From Candidatus Sericytochromatia bacterium (GTDB lineage Bacteria > Cyanobacteriota > Sericytochromatia > S15B-MN24 > UBA4093): a stretch of 64,000 nt of DNA. Every line of letters begins with the position of its first letter. Position 1 is the first letter of the stretch. Where the stretch lies: NCBI GenBank assembly GCA_036676985.1, contig JAKFBU010000038.1, positions 128,001 to 192,000 on the forward strand, in the 5' to 3' direction. Under the pieces are notes generated by a model. The model was not told where the DNA came from, searched no databases, and was given only the letters and a program-made list of their open reading frames with translations. Shown here one piece after another: positions 55,025-64,000 of the stretch. A program made the translations under genes and the position numbers.

Positions 55025-56593
55025 TTACACTGGCATTACGCCGTGCTTGCGTTCAGGTTGCCGCACGTGCTTCTGGCTGGCGAGCTCCAGCCCCCGCATG
55101 AGCACGCGCCGGGTCTCCCGGGGGTCGATGACGTCGTCGATGAGGGCCGAGCCCGCGGCGATGTAGGGGTTGATGTAATCCTTGAACTGGTCGACGAGCC
55201 GGGTGCGTTCGGCATCGGGATCGGCCGCTCCGTCGATCTGCTTGCGGCCGATGATGTTCACCGCGCCCTCGGGGCCCATGAGCGAGATCTCGGCGCCTGG
55301 CCAGGCGACGATGAGGTCGGGCTCGTAGGCCCGCCCGCACATGACGTAGTAGCCCGCGCCGTAGGCTTTGCGCACGATGACCGTGAGCTTGGGGACCGTC
55401 GCGTTGGAGACGGCGTAGAGCATCTTCGCGCCGTGGCGGATGATGCCCTCCTTTTCCACCTTGGACCCGACCATGAACCCGGGCACGTCCTGAAAGAAGA
55501 TGAGCGGGAGGTTGAAGGCGTCGCAGAGGCTGATGAAGCGCGCGGCCTTGTCCGCCGCGTCCGTGGTCAGGACCCCGCCCATGACCTTGGGCTGGCTCGC
55601 GACGATCCCCACCGAGCGGCCGCCGATCCGCGCGAGGGCCGTGATGATCGACTGCGCGAACCGCGGCTTGAGCTCGAAATAGCGCCCGTCGTCCACGATC
55701 CGCGAGAGCACGGCCTTCATGTCGTAGGGCAGCTTGGGCTGCTCGGGCAGGATGCGCAGGAGCTCTTCGTCCGAGCGCAGTGGCGGCTCGACGGCCGGCC
55801 GCATCGGCGGGGTCTGCCGGCAGTTGTCCGGAAAGTAGCTCAGGTAGTCCTTGATGGCCTGGATGCAGGCCTCGTCGGACCCGACCTCCAGGTCGGCCAC
55901 CCCGGACACCTCGCAGTGCACCCGCGAGCCCCCGAGCTCCTCGACCGACACCGTCTCGCCGATGGCCGCCTTGACCAAGGGAGGACCCGCCAGCGCCATG
56001 GAAGACGTCCCCTTGACCATGGGCACGAAGTCCGCGAGCGCCGGGATGTAGGCCGTGCCCGCCGCGCAGTGGCCCATCATGGCGGCCACCTGTGGCACGA
56101 CGCCCGACATGAGGGACTGGTCGTGGAAGAGCTTGCCCGATCCCGCGAACTGGGAGCCTGCGATCTCGTGGACCCGGGCGCCGGCCGAGTCCAGGAGCCA
56201 GACGATGGGGATGCCCTGGCGCATGGCCGTCTCGCGGATCCGGTTGGCCTTGGCCTCCCCGATCATGCCGATGGTGCCCGCCATGACCGTGAAGTCGTAG
56301 GCGATGACGGCCACCAGCCGCCCGTTGACCTTGCCAACACCCGTGATGACGCCGTCGGCCGGGGTGTCCCGGCCCTGCATCTCGGCGGCCTGGGACTGAT
56401 GGTTGGCGTGCAGGCCCCATTCCTCGAAGGTGCGCGGATCGAAGAGCAGATCGAGCCGTTCGCGGGCCGTGAGCTTGCCGGCGGCGTGCTGCTTGTCGAC
56501 GGCTTCCTGGCCGCCCATCCTTTTCGCCTTCTCGCGGCGCTGCTTGAGATCGGCGACCGCGGCCGCCATGCCCGTCAACGTGGTATCTGCCAT
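55025..56593 (-). CDS. Acyl-CoA carboxylase carboxyltransferase (beta) subunit
   Basis: GKLTARERL, DFTVMAGT, DSAGAR, QDVPGFMVG, RKAYGAG, RKHGVMPV. Confidence 0.93.
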   Translation of the reverse strand: MADTTLTGMAAAVADLKQRREKAKRMGGQEAVDKQHAAGKLTARERLDLLFDPRTFEEWGLHANHQSQAAEMQGRDTPADGVITGVGKVNGRLVAVIAYDFTVMAGTIGMIGEAKANRIRETAMRQGIPIVWLLDSAGARVHEIAGSQFAGSGKLFHDQSLMSGVVPQVAAMMGHCAAGTAYIPALADFVPMVKGTSSMALAGPPLVKAAIGETVSVEELGGSRVHCEVSGVADLEVGSDEACIQAIKDYLSYFPDNCRQTPPMRPAVEPPLRSDEELLRILPEQPKLPYDMKAVLSRIVDDGRYFELKPRFAQSIITALARIGGRSVGIVASQPKVMGGVLTTDAADKAARFISLCDAFNLPLIFFQDVPGFMVGSKVEKEGIIRHGAKMLYAVSNATVPKLTVIVRKAYGAGYYVMCGRAYEPDLIVAWPGAEISLMGPEGAVNIIGRKQIDGAADPDAERTRLVDQFKDYINPYIAAGSALIDDVIDPRETRRVLMRGLELASQKHVRQPERKHGVMPV

Positions 56594-56600
56594 GGGCTCC

Positions 56601-57383
56601 TTACCTGCCTGTCCACCTGGGGGTTCGCTTGTCGGCGAAGGCCCGGAGGCCCTCTGCTGCATCCGCCGTCGAACCGACGACCGCTCTGATGCTGCGCAGG
56701 TGCTCCAGCGCCTGCTCGTAGCTCATGCCGGGAATCGAGTAGAAGGCCGCCTTACCGAGCTTCACGACGGCCGGGCTGAAGCCGTCGAAGCTCGCGGCGA
56801 AGTCGGCGACGGCCCCCATGAACCCATGGTGCGGGACCACCCGGTTGACGAGGCCCGCGGCCTTGGCCTCGTCGGCCGTGAGGCTGCCGCCGGTCATGAA
56901 GAGTTCGAAGGCCTGCTTGGGGCCCAGGGCCGCCATGAGGGGGGCCATGACCATGAGGGGAAAGGTTCCCACCTTGATCTCGGGCGTGCCGAACTCGGCC
57001 CGGTCGCTCGCGATCGCCAGGTCGCACCCCGCCACCAGCCCGAGCCCGCCACCCAGGGCCTTGCCGTTGACCGCGGCGATGGTGGGCTTCGAGAGGGATC
57101 TCAGGCGCAAGAGCAGCTTGGTGTAGAGGCCGTCTGCCTGGTAGCGCCGATAGGGCTCCTCCGCGAGGTCCTGGGCCTCCTTGAGGTCGCCGCCCGCCGA
57201 GAACACGTCGCCGGTGCCTGTCAGGATGACCGTCCGCACGGCGGGGTCGCCCTCGGCCTCGTCGAGGCCAGCCAGGAGCTCGGAGAGCACCTCGCCGTTG
57301 AGCGCGTTGCGCGCCTCGGGACGCCGGAGCTCGAGCACCAGGGATCCATCCATGTGGTGAACGCGAACCGTCGATACTTGCAT
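56601..57383 (-). CDS. Enoyl-CoA hydratase/isomerase family protein
   Basis: RPEARNAL, FSAGGDL, ALGGG, PEIKVG. Confidence 0.9.
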   Translation of the reverse strand: MQVSTVRVHHMDGSLVLELRRPEARNALNGEVLSELLAGLDEAEGDPAVRTVILTGTGDVFSAGGDLKEAQDLAEEPYRRYQADGLYTKLLLRLRSLSKPTIAAVNGKALGGGLGLVAGCDLAIASDRAEFGTPEIKVGTFPLMVMAPLMAALGPKQAFELFMTGGSLTADEAKAAGLVNRVVPHHGFMGAVADFAASFDGFSPAVVKLGKAAFYSIPGMSYEQALEHLRSIRAVVGSTADAAEGLRAFADKRTPRWTGR

Positions 57384-57535
57384 GGCCGCCTCCTCTCCAA
57401 CACGGCCCCATGATAACGATCCGTTCGGGGGGACGCCAGCATTCCGGGCCGATGCTCGTCCCCACGTTGTTTCGCGCTTGAGGGCTCTGCTATGCTTGAG
57501 GCGGACCCTCATTTTTTTGTAAGGCAGGAGAGCCC

Positions 57536-59569
57536 TTGGAGACCTTCCACCTGCTTCGAGACCTCGCCGCGGCCCTGGCTGCGGCGCTCCTCATGGGCCT
57601 GCTCTTCTATCGGCTCAAGCAACCGGTCATCATCGGGTACCTGCTCGCGGGCCTCATCGTGGGCCCCTACGGCCTCAAGATCGTCTCGGACATCCACACC
57701 ATCGAGGGCCTCGCCGAGCTGGGCGTCATGCTCCTCATGTTCGCGCTCGGCGTCGAGTTCTCCTTTTCCGAGCTCGCCCCCGTCAAGCGCCTCGCCCTCA
57801 TCGGCGGCGCGACCCAGATCGGCGTCACGGTCCTCTTGGGGACGCTCGCTGCGCGCTTCTTCGGCCTGGAGGTGGGCGCGGGCATCCTGCTCGGCTGGAT
57901 GATCGCCCTGTCCAGCACCATCATCGTCCTCAAGGTCCTCCTGGAGCGCGGCGAGCTGGAGAGCGCCCACGGCAAGGCCCTCCTGGGCCTGCTCATCGTG
58001 CAGGACCTCTCGGTGGTCCTCATGATGGTCATGATGCCCAACCTGGGCGACCCGGCGAAGATCCTGGGCTGGCCGATGGTGTGGGCGATCGCCAAGGCCG
58101 CCCTCTTCCTGGCGGCGGTGGTGTGGCTCGGCACCCAGCTCTTCCCGCGCTTCATGCGCCGGGTGGCCGCCACGCGCAACAAGGAGCTCTTCCTCCTGGC
58201 GGGTGTGTTCCTCTGCTTCGGCACGGCCGCTGCGGGCTACCTGATCGGCCTCTCGTTGGCGCTCGGGGCCTTCATCGCGGGCATCGTCGTGAGCGAGTCG
58301 GACCACAGCCACCAGATCCTGGCGGACGTCTTGCCCCTGCGGGACCTGTTCGCCACGCTCTTCTTCGTCTCCATCGGCATGCTCATCAACCCGGCCTTCC
58401 TGGTGAACAACCTGGCGGCGGTCATCCTCCTGGTGCTCGCCATCGTGCTGGGCAAGGCCACGCTCGGGTTCGCCACCGCCCGCGGCTTCGGGTACGGCGG
58501 CCGGACGGCGCTCGCCATCGGGCTCGGACTCGCGCAGATCGGCGAGTTCTCCTTTGTCCTCGCCAAGCTGGGCGAGCAGCAGGGCCTCATCTCGAGCGAC
58601 CTCTTCTCCTTGATCCTGACGGGCGCGCTCATCACCATCATCCTCACGCCCCTCCTGATGCAGCTGCCGACGCCCCTGTACCTGGCCTTCGCCCGGCTGG
58701 GCTGGGCGGATCCCAAGGGTCCGGGCGGCAAGGTCAAGGCCAAGATCGTGACAGGCGAGCTCACGGGGCTCGTCGACCACGTCATCATCTGCGGCTTCGG
58801 CCGGGTGGGCCACAACCTGGGCGAGGTGCTCATCCACAACAACTCGCCGGTGCTGGTCATCGACATGGACCAGAACGTCATCATGGACCTGCGGCGGCGC
58901 GGGGTGTCCTGCATCTACGGCGACTCCTCCAACCTGGCCGTGCTGCAGCACGCGCGCGTGCCCCTCGCCAAGGCCGTCATCATCACCCTGCCCGATCCCT
59001 TGAGCTGCCAGCTCGCCGTCCAGAACGCGCGGCGCCTGAACGCGAGCGTGCCCATCATTGCCCGGGCCCACCGCTCGCAAGACATGGCGGCCCTCTACGA
59101 GCTGGGAGCGACGGAGGTCATCCAGCCGGAGTTCGAGGCGAGCCTCGAGGTCATTCGCTCGACCCTGGCCAAGCTCGGCTACACTACCCGCGAGATTGGC
59201 CGCTACTCGCGCCTGATCCGCGTCAAGCGGTACAGCCAGTTCCAGGACGACTTCAACCCCGACACGGTGCCCGACCTCATGGAGGCTCTGGGCGAGGCCG
59301 ACCTGACCTGGATCGAGGTCGCCGAGGACTCGGAGCTCATCGGGAGCACCTTGCGCAACCTGGACTGGCGTGGGCGCACGGGAGTGGGCGTGCTCGCCAT
59401 CCATCGCGAGGGACGGGTCATTCCGAACCCGCGCGCCGACAAGCCCTTGAAGGCCGGAGACAAGCTCTTGGTGCTCGGGACGCAGGATCAGCTGCAGCTG
59501 CTCGCCCGGATCCTGCCCGGGGGGCCGCTATCCCCAACCGACGAGGGGATCGGTTATACTGATCACTAG
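57536..59569 (+). CDS. CPA2-family cation:proton antiporter with TrkA-N and TrkA-C domains (Kef/YbaL-like)
   Basis: About 13 TM helices, SST, QD, QIGEFSF; ICGFGRVG; C-terminal RCK_C. Confidence 0.92.
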   Translation: METFHLLRDLAAALAAALLMGLLFYRLKQPVIIGYLLAGLIVGPYGLKIVSDIHTIEGLAELGVMLLMFALGVEFSFSELAPVKRLALIGGATQIGVTVLLGTLAARFFGLEVGAGILLGWMIALSSTIIVLKVLLERGELESAHGKALLGLLIVQDLSVVLMMVMMPNLGDPAKILGWPMVWAIAKAALFLAAVVWLGTQLFPRFMRRVAATRNKELFLLAGVFLCFGTAAAGYLIGLSLALGAFIAGIVVSESDHSHQILADVLPLRDLFATLFFVSIGMLINPAFLVNNLAAVILLVLAIVLGKATLGFATARGFGYGGRTALAIGLGLAQIGEFSFVLAKLGEQQGLISSDLFSLILTGALITIILTPLLMQLPTPLYLAFARLGWADPKGPGGKVKAKIVTGELTGLVDHVIICGFGRVGHNLGEVLIHNNSPVLVIDMDQNVIMDLRRRGVSCIYGDSSNLAVLQHARVPLAKAVIITLPDPLSCQLAVQNARRLNASVPIIARAHRSQDMAALYELGATEVIQPEFEASLEVIRSTLAKLGYTTREIGRYSRLIRVKRYSQFQDDFNPDTVPDLMEALGEADLTWIEVAEDSELIGSTLRNLDWRGRTGVGVLAIHREGRVIPNPRADKPLKAGDKLLVLGTQDQLQLLARILPGGPLSPTDEGIGYTDH

Positions 59570-59645
59570 TATGCGCGCCGGACGAGTTCACGGCGCTCCG
59601 TGCGGCCCCCGGTGGGGGCCATTCTGACGAAGGGGTCACGCACAC

Positions 59646-60989
59646 ATGTTCTCCAAGATCCTGATCGCCAACCGCGGGGAGATCGCGGTCCGCGTCATCC
59701 GGGCCTGCCAGGCCATGGGCCTGCGCACGGTGGCCGTGTATTCCGAGGCCGACGCCGACGCCATGCACGTCAAGCTCGCCGACGAGGCCTACCCGATCGG
59801 TCCGGCACCCGTCGCCCAGAGCTACCTCAAGGTCGACGCCATCCTCGAGGCCGCCAAGCAGTCCGGCGCCGAGGCGATCCATCCGGGCTACGGCCTCCTG
59901 TCGGAGAACGCGGGCTTCGCGCGCGCCTGCGCCGAGGCGGGCCTCACCTTCATCGGTCCCAAGCCCGAGGTCATCGCCCAGATGGGCGTCAAGACCGAGG
60001 CGCGCGCCCTTATGAAGGCGGCGGGCGTCCCGGTGGTCCCGGGCATCGAGACCGCCTGCTCGGACATCGAGGAGGCCCAGCGGATCGCCCTGGAGATCGG
60101 CTACCCCGTGATGCTCAAGGCGGCCTCGGGCGGCGGCGGCATCGGCATGCAGGTCTGCCCGGACGCCGCCGAGCTCGAGAAGGCCTTCAAGCTGTGCGCC
60201 GGTCGGGCCAAGGCCTACTTCGGCAACGGCGACCTCTACGTCGAGAAGTACATCGCCAACCCCCGTCACGTCGAGATCCAGGTGCTCGCCGACCACCACG
60301 GCCACGTGGTGCACCTCAACGAGCGCGAGTGCTCGATCCAGCGCCGGCACCAGAAGGTCGTCGAGGAGGCCCCCTCGCCCGTGGTCGACGCGGCCCTGCG
60401 CGCCCGCATGGGCGAGGTGGCGGTCCAGGCCGTCCGCGCCCTCGGCTACACCAACGCGGGCACGCTCGAGTTCCTGGTCGACGCCGATCGCAACTTCTAC
60501 TTCCTCGAGATGAACACCCGCCTCCAGGTGGAGCACCCGGTCACGGAGCTCACGACGGGGGTGGACCTCGTGCGGTGGCAGATCCGGATCGCCGCGGGTG
60601 AGGCGCTCACCCTGCAACAGGCGGAACTGGCGCCCAAGGGCCACGCCGTCGAGGTGCGCCTCTACGCCGAGGACCCCAACACCTTCTTCCCGAGCCCCGG
60701 CACCATCGCCGAGCTGCGCTGGCCCGACGGCATCCGCGTCGATACCTGGGTCGAGGCGGGCACGGTGGTCAGCCCCCACTACGACCCGATGATCGCCAAG
60801 CTCATCGCGCACGGCGCCGATCGCGCCGAGGCGATCGCCAAGCTCCAGGAGGCGCTCGGTCGCCTGGAGGTCGCGGGCATCAAGACCAACACGCCGATGC
60901 TTCTCACCGTGCTCGGGCACCCCAAGTTCCGCGCGGGCGACTTCTCCACGGACTTCGTCGCCGCCGAGCTCACCCCCGCCAAGGTTTAG
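59646..60989 (+). CDS. Biotin carboxylase subunit (acyl-CoA carboxylase, YngH/AccC-like)
   Basis: IANRGEIA, HPGYG, GGGGIGM, RECSIQRRHQK, EMNTRLQVEH. Confidence 0.95.
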   Translation: MFSKILIANRGEIAVRVIRACQAMGLRTVAVYSEADADAMHVKLADEAYPIGPAPVAQSYLKVDAILEAAKQSGAEAIHPGYGLLSENAGFARACAEAGLTFIGPKPEVIAQMGVKTEARALMKAAGVPVVPGIETACSDIEEAQRIALEIGYPVMLKAASGGGGIGMQVCPDAAELEKAFKLCAGRAKAYFGNGDLYVEKYIANPRHVEIQVLADHHGHVVHLNERECSIQRRHQKVVEEAPSPVVDAALRARMGEVAVQAVRALGYTNAGTLEFLVDADRNFYFLEMNTRLQVEHPVTELTTGVDLVRWQIRIAAGEALTLQQAELAPKGHAVEVRLYAEDPNTFFPSPGTIAELRWPDGIRVDTWVEAGTVVSPHYDPMIAKLIAHGADRAEAIAKLQEALGRLEVAGIKTNTPMLLTVLGHPKFRAGDFSTDFVAAELTPAKV

Positions 60990-61013
60990 GACACAGAAAG
61001 GAACGCAGCACCC

Positions 61014-61226
61014 ATGCCCAACGTCACCAGCACCATGGCCGGCACCATCATCGAGGTCACCGTCAACGTCGGCGACCAGGTCGAGGCCGGTCAGGACGTC
61101 GCTTGCCTCGAGTCCATGAAGATGCAGATGTACCTCCAGTCCGAGACCTCTGGTAAGGTCAAGGCGGTGAAGGTGAACTCCGGCGACTTCGTGAACGAGG
61201 GCGACGTCGTTCTCGAGCTCGAGTAA
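61014..61226 (+). CDS. Biotin carboxyl carrier protein
   Basis: ESMKM biotinylation motif; 70 aa. Confidence 0.92.
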   Translation: MPNVTSTMAGTIIEVTVNVGDQVEAGQDVACLESMKMQMYLQSETSGKVKAVKVNSGDFVNEGDVVLELE

Positions 61227-61250
61227 GTAGGAACGAGAGAAAGGGAGTCC

Positions 61251-62168
61251 ATGGCGACGACGGAGTTGCCGCGGAAGGTGACGGTAGTCGAGGTCGGTCC
61301 CCGGGACGGCCTCCAGAACGAAAAGACCCCCGTCGATACTGCGGACAAGGTACGGTTCATCGATCGGCTCTCCGAGACGGGCTTGACCCAGATCGAGGTG
61401 ACCAGCTTCGTCAACCCGGCCTGGATTCCCCCCCTGGCGGACGCGGTGGAGGTGGCTTCGGCCATCCACCGCAAGCCCGGCGTCACCTACTCGGGCCTGG
61501 TCCCCAACCTCAAGGGCTACGAGCGGGCGCGGACCGCCCGGATGGATGCGATCGCCCTCTTCATGTCGGCGAGCGAGACCCACAGCAAGAAGAACATCAA
61601 CAAGACCATCGCCGAATCGCTGCCCGTCCTGCGGGAGGTATCCGAGGCGGCCGTCGCGGACGGCGTCCAGGTCCGGGCCTACCTCTCGGTGGTCTTCGGC
61701 TGCCCGTACGAGGGCCACGTCGATCCCGAGCAGGTTCGGTCCATCGTCCGCGAGCTCCTGGCCATGGGCGTGTACCAGGTGAGCCTGGGCGACACCACTG
61801 GCATGGGCAACCCCTTGCAGGTCAAGCGGATGCTTGCGATGCTCGAGGCCGAGTTCGGCCTGGAGCCCTTCGCGCTGCACTTCCATGACACGCGGGGCAC
61901 GGCCCTGGCCAACGTCCTGGCGGGCCTGGAGATGGGCGTCACGACCTTCGACGCATCGGCGGGCGGCCTGGGCGGGTGTCCCTACGCACCGGGGGCTTCG
62001 GGAAACCTCGCCACCGACGATCTCGTCTACATGCTGCACGAGATGGGCGTGGAGACGGGCATCGACCTGGACAAGCTCGTCGCCTGCTCGGCCATGATGC
62101 AGCAGATCCTCGGCAAGGAGCTGCCCAGCCGTTACCTCAAGAGCCGTCTGGCCACGTGTTCGGTCTGA
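61251..62168 (+). CDS. hmgL: Hydroxymethylglutaryl-CoA lyase
   Basis: EVGPRDGLQNE, HFHDT, GGCPYAPGASGN. Confidence 0.95.
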   Translation: MATTELPRKVTVVEVGPRDGLQNEKTPVDTADKVRFIDRLSETGLTQIEVTSFVNPAWIPPLADAVEVASAIHRKPGVTYSGLVPNLKGYERARTARMDAIALFMSASETHSKKNINKTIAESLPVLREVSEAAVADGVQVRAYLSVVFGCPYEGHVDPEQVRSIVRELLAMGVYQVSLGDTTGMGNPLQVKRMLAMLEAEFGLEPFALHFHDTRGTALANVLAGLEMGVTTFDASAGGLGGCPYAPGASGNLATDDLVYMLHEMGVETGIDLDKLVACSAMMQQILGKELPSRYLKSRLATCSV

Positions 62169-62186
62169 AGGGCCAACCCAGTGACC

Positions 62187-62312
62187 ACCCCCCCAACCCC
62201 CCCTGCTTCGCAAGGGGGGCTCATGAAGGGGCGGCTCAGCTCATCTAATCCCTTCCGCGCAGCGGAAGCACTCCCTATGTCCCCCTTGCGAAGCAGGGGG
62301 GGAAGGGGGGGT
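62187..62312. repeat. REP/MITE-like inverted-repeat doublet (poly-C/poly-G type)
   Basis: ACCCCCCCAACCCCCCCTGCTTCGCAAGGGGGG (62187-62219) and its inverted partner CCCCCTTGCGAAGCAGGGGGGGAAGGGGGGGT (62281-62312). Confidence 0.75.
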
Positions 62313-62353
62313 AAAAAGTAGCCACTACTGAAGCACCAGGAGACCCAGAAGAC

Positions 62354-63133
62354 ATGGAACAAGTCGTCCTCACCGAGCGCCGCGGCCCGGTCGTCATCCT
62401 GACCCTCAACCGCCCGGACAAGATGAACGCCCTCAGCTTCCCGACCCTGATCCTGCTGCGCGAGGCCATCGAGTCCGTGCGCTTCGATCCCGAGGTGCGG
62501 GCCCTCATCATCACGGGCTCGGGTGAAAAGTCCTTCTGCGCGGGCGCCGACCTCAAGGAGCGCGCTGCCATGACCCCGGTCCAGGTCAAGGAGTTCATCC
62601 GGACCATCCGGGACACCTTCACGGCCATCGAGGACCTGGGCAAGCCCGTCATCGCCGCGGTCAACGGCGTGGCCCTCGGCGGTGGCACCGAGCTCGCGCT
62701 CGCCTGCGACATCCGCCTCGCGGCCGAAACGGCCACCCTCGGCCTCACGGAGACGGGCCTCGGCATCATCCCGGGCGCCGGCGGCACCCAGCGCCTGCCG
62801 CGCCTGGTCGGCAAGGGCAAGGCCAAGGAGCTCATCTTCACGGCGCGCAAGGTCTCGTCCGCCGAGGCCAAGGAGATCGGTCTCGTCGAGCAGGTCTACC
62901 CCGCCGACCGATTGATGGACGAGGCCCTCGCCATGGCCGACCAGATCGCCCAGAACGGCCCCGTGGCCATCGAGCAGGCGAAGTACGCCATCAACGCGGG
63001 CATCGAGACCGACCTCAAGACGGGCTTGCTCTTCGAGAGCCGCGCCTACGACGTCATCATCCCCACCAAGGATCGGCTTGAGGGTCTTGCCGCCTTCCGC
63101 GAGAAGCGCAAGCCCGTGTACATCGGGGAGTAG
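62354..63133 (+). CDS. Enoyl-CoA hydratase, probably methylglutaconyl-CoA hydratase (YngF-like)
   Basis: FCAGADLKER, LGGGTELALACD, IIPGAGGTQRLPR; sits among leucine-catabolism genes. Confidence 0.9.
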   Translation: MEQVVLTERRGPVVILTLNRPDKMNALSFPTLILLREAIESVRFDPEVRALIITGSGEKSFCAGADLKERAAMTPVQVKEFIRTIRDTFTAIEDLGKPVIAAVNGVALGGGTELALACDIRLAAETATLGLTETGLGIIPGAGGTQRLPRLVGKGKAKELIFTARKVSSAEAKEIGLVEQVYPADRLMDEALAMADQIAQNGPVAIEQAKYAINAGIETDLKTGLLFESRAYDVIIPTKDRLEGLAAFREKRKPVYIGE

Positions 63134-63135
63134 TC

Positions 63136-63624
63136 TTGGGTCCGAACCTCATCGTCCTCCTGGTCCTCGCCTACGGCTTTCTGCGCTCGAAGATGCCGGA
63201 GAGCCTGTGGCCCCAGGCGCCCGACCTCAAGGGCTACTTGATCGGTGCGCTGTTCCCGCCCCTCCTGGACTTGGTGGCCATGGGGGCGGTCGCCCTCTAC
63301 GCCGCTGTCAACTTCCAGCGCTTCAAGTGGTTCACCCGGGTCTTCGTGGTGGCCGCCATGGCGGCCGGCGTCCTCGCCTTCCTGATCGCGGAGGCTCCGG
63401 TCATGGCGGACATCGGGCACCTCGAGCTCCGGCAGGGCGTCGTCACCAAGAAGCTCGGGAACCGGACCGTGGAGCTCGGCGACGTCCGCGGCCCGGAGTA
63501 TGCGACGTCCTCCCTGCGCCTGCCCCATGCCGACGAGTACGAGCGGGTCCCGACGGGCATCCCCGTCGAGTTCCAGGTGGCCCCGAAGCTGGGCGTCGGC
63601 TACGTCATCGGTGTCCTAGAGTAG
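63136..63624 (+). CDS. Hypothetical membrane protein
   Basis: Three hydrophobic segments plus a small beta-rich C-terminal part; start uncertain. Confidence 0.6.
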   Translation: MGPNLIVLLVLAYGFLRSKMPESLWPQAPDLKGYLIGALFPPLLDLVAMGAVALYAAVNFQRFKWFTRVFVVAAMAAGVLAFLIAEAPVMADIGHLELRQGVVTKKLGNRTVELGDVRGPEYATSSLRLPHADEYERVPTGIPVEFQVAPKLGVGYVIGVLE

Positions 63625-63709
63625 CGCCGGGCGCACGGACGGCCGTTCTGTTACAATTTGAATCGATCCATCGCTGTAAGGGTGCGATGACGCACGTTTA
63701 GGAGTTGAT

Positions 63710-64000
63710 ATGAATCCCGGTACGACCATGCAACACGATGGCCAGACGCTGCACGACGCGATCGGCCAGATCAAAAAGGGCGGCGCCCAGAAGTACCACG
63801 ACGCCAACGCCAAGAACGGCAAGTTGTTTGTCCGCGATCGCCTCAAGCTCCTCTTCGACGAGGGCTTCGAGCTCGAAGATGCCATGTTCGCCAACTTCCT
63901 GGCGGGTGATTTGCCCGCGGACGGCGTCTTCACCGGCATCGGCAAGGTGAACGGCCGCACGGTCTGCGTCATGGCCAACGATTCGACGGTCAAGGCGGGT
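63710..64000 (+). CDS. Acyl-CoA (methylcrotonyl-CoA-like) carboxylase beta subunit, YngE-like (partial)
   Basis: MNPGTTMQ...KKGGAQKYH...GKLFVRDRL...PADGVFTGIGKVNGRTVCVMANDSTVKAG; RBS AGGAG; runs off the window end. Confidence 0.88.
   Translation, partial: MNPGTTMQHDGQTLHDAIGQIKKGGAQKYHDANAKNGKLFVRDRLKLLFDEGFELEDAMFANFLAGDLPADGVFTGIGKVNGRTVCVMANDSTVKAG

Overview
A 64-kb, GC-rich chromosomal window from a diderm bacterium. It mixes cyanobacteria-like genes (holB C-terminus, btpA, sugar ABC transporter, glcDEF) with Bacillota-like genes (yaaT/PSP1, yng-type leucine catabolism) and has many signal-peptidase-II lipoproteins. A non-photosynthetic Cyanobacteriota relative such as Sericytochromatia is my guess, by inference only. 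Most of the window is housekeeping or metabolic: PDH complex, glycolate/lactate oxidase, acyl-CoA catabolism, two-component genes and an ECF sigma locus. I saw no rRNA, tRNA, CRISPR array or transposase. Highlights: (1) a 13.5-kb locus (41332-54852, minus strand) of three diverged tandem copies of a four-gene cassette [pilin-like lipoprotein, NHL-propeller lipoprotein, outer-membrane beta-barrel, hexapeptide-repeat lipoprotein]. Each copy has its own GGGTA-type promoter candidate, and the lipoproteins share an R-x-[TV]-Q/L motif and beta-strand-like C-termini reminiscent of type V pili. This is the best candidate for an undescribed surface-filament system. (2) An AhpD/CMD-family gene split by an in-frame UGA in a CxxU motif and followed by a SECIS-like hairpin, so probably a selenoprotein. 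(3) An XPB helicase, sensor kinase and SIR2-like gene in one apparent operon. (4) Several signal-peptide-less proteins with extracellular-type domains. (5) An unlisted 41-aa membrane ORF coupled to glcD. (6) Two different REP/MITE-like inverted-repeat doublets.
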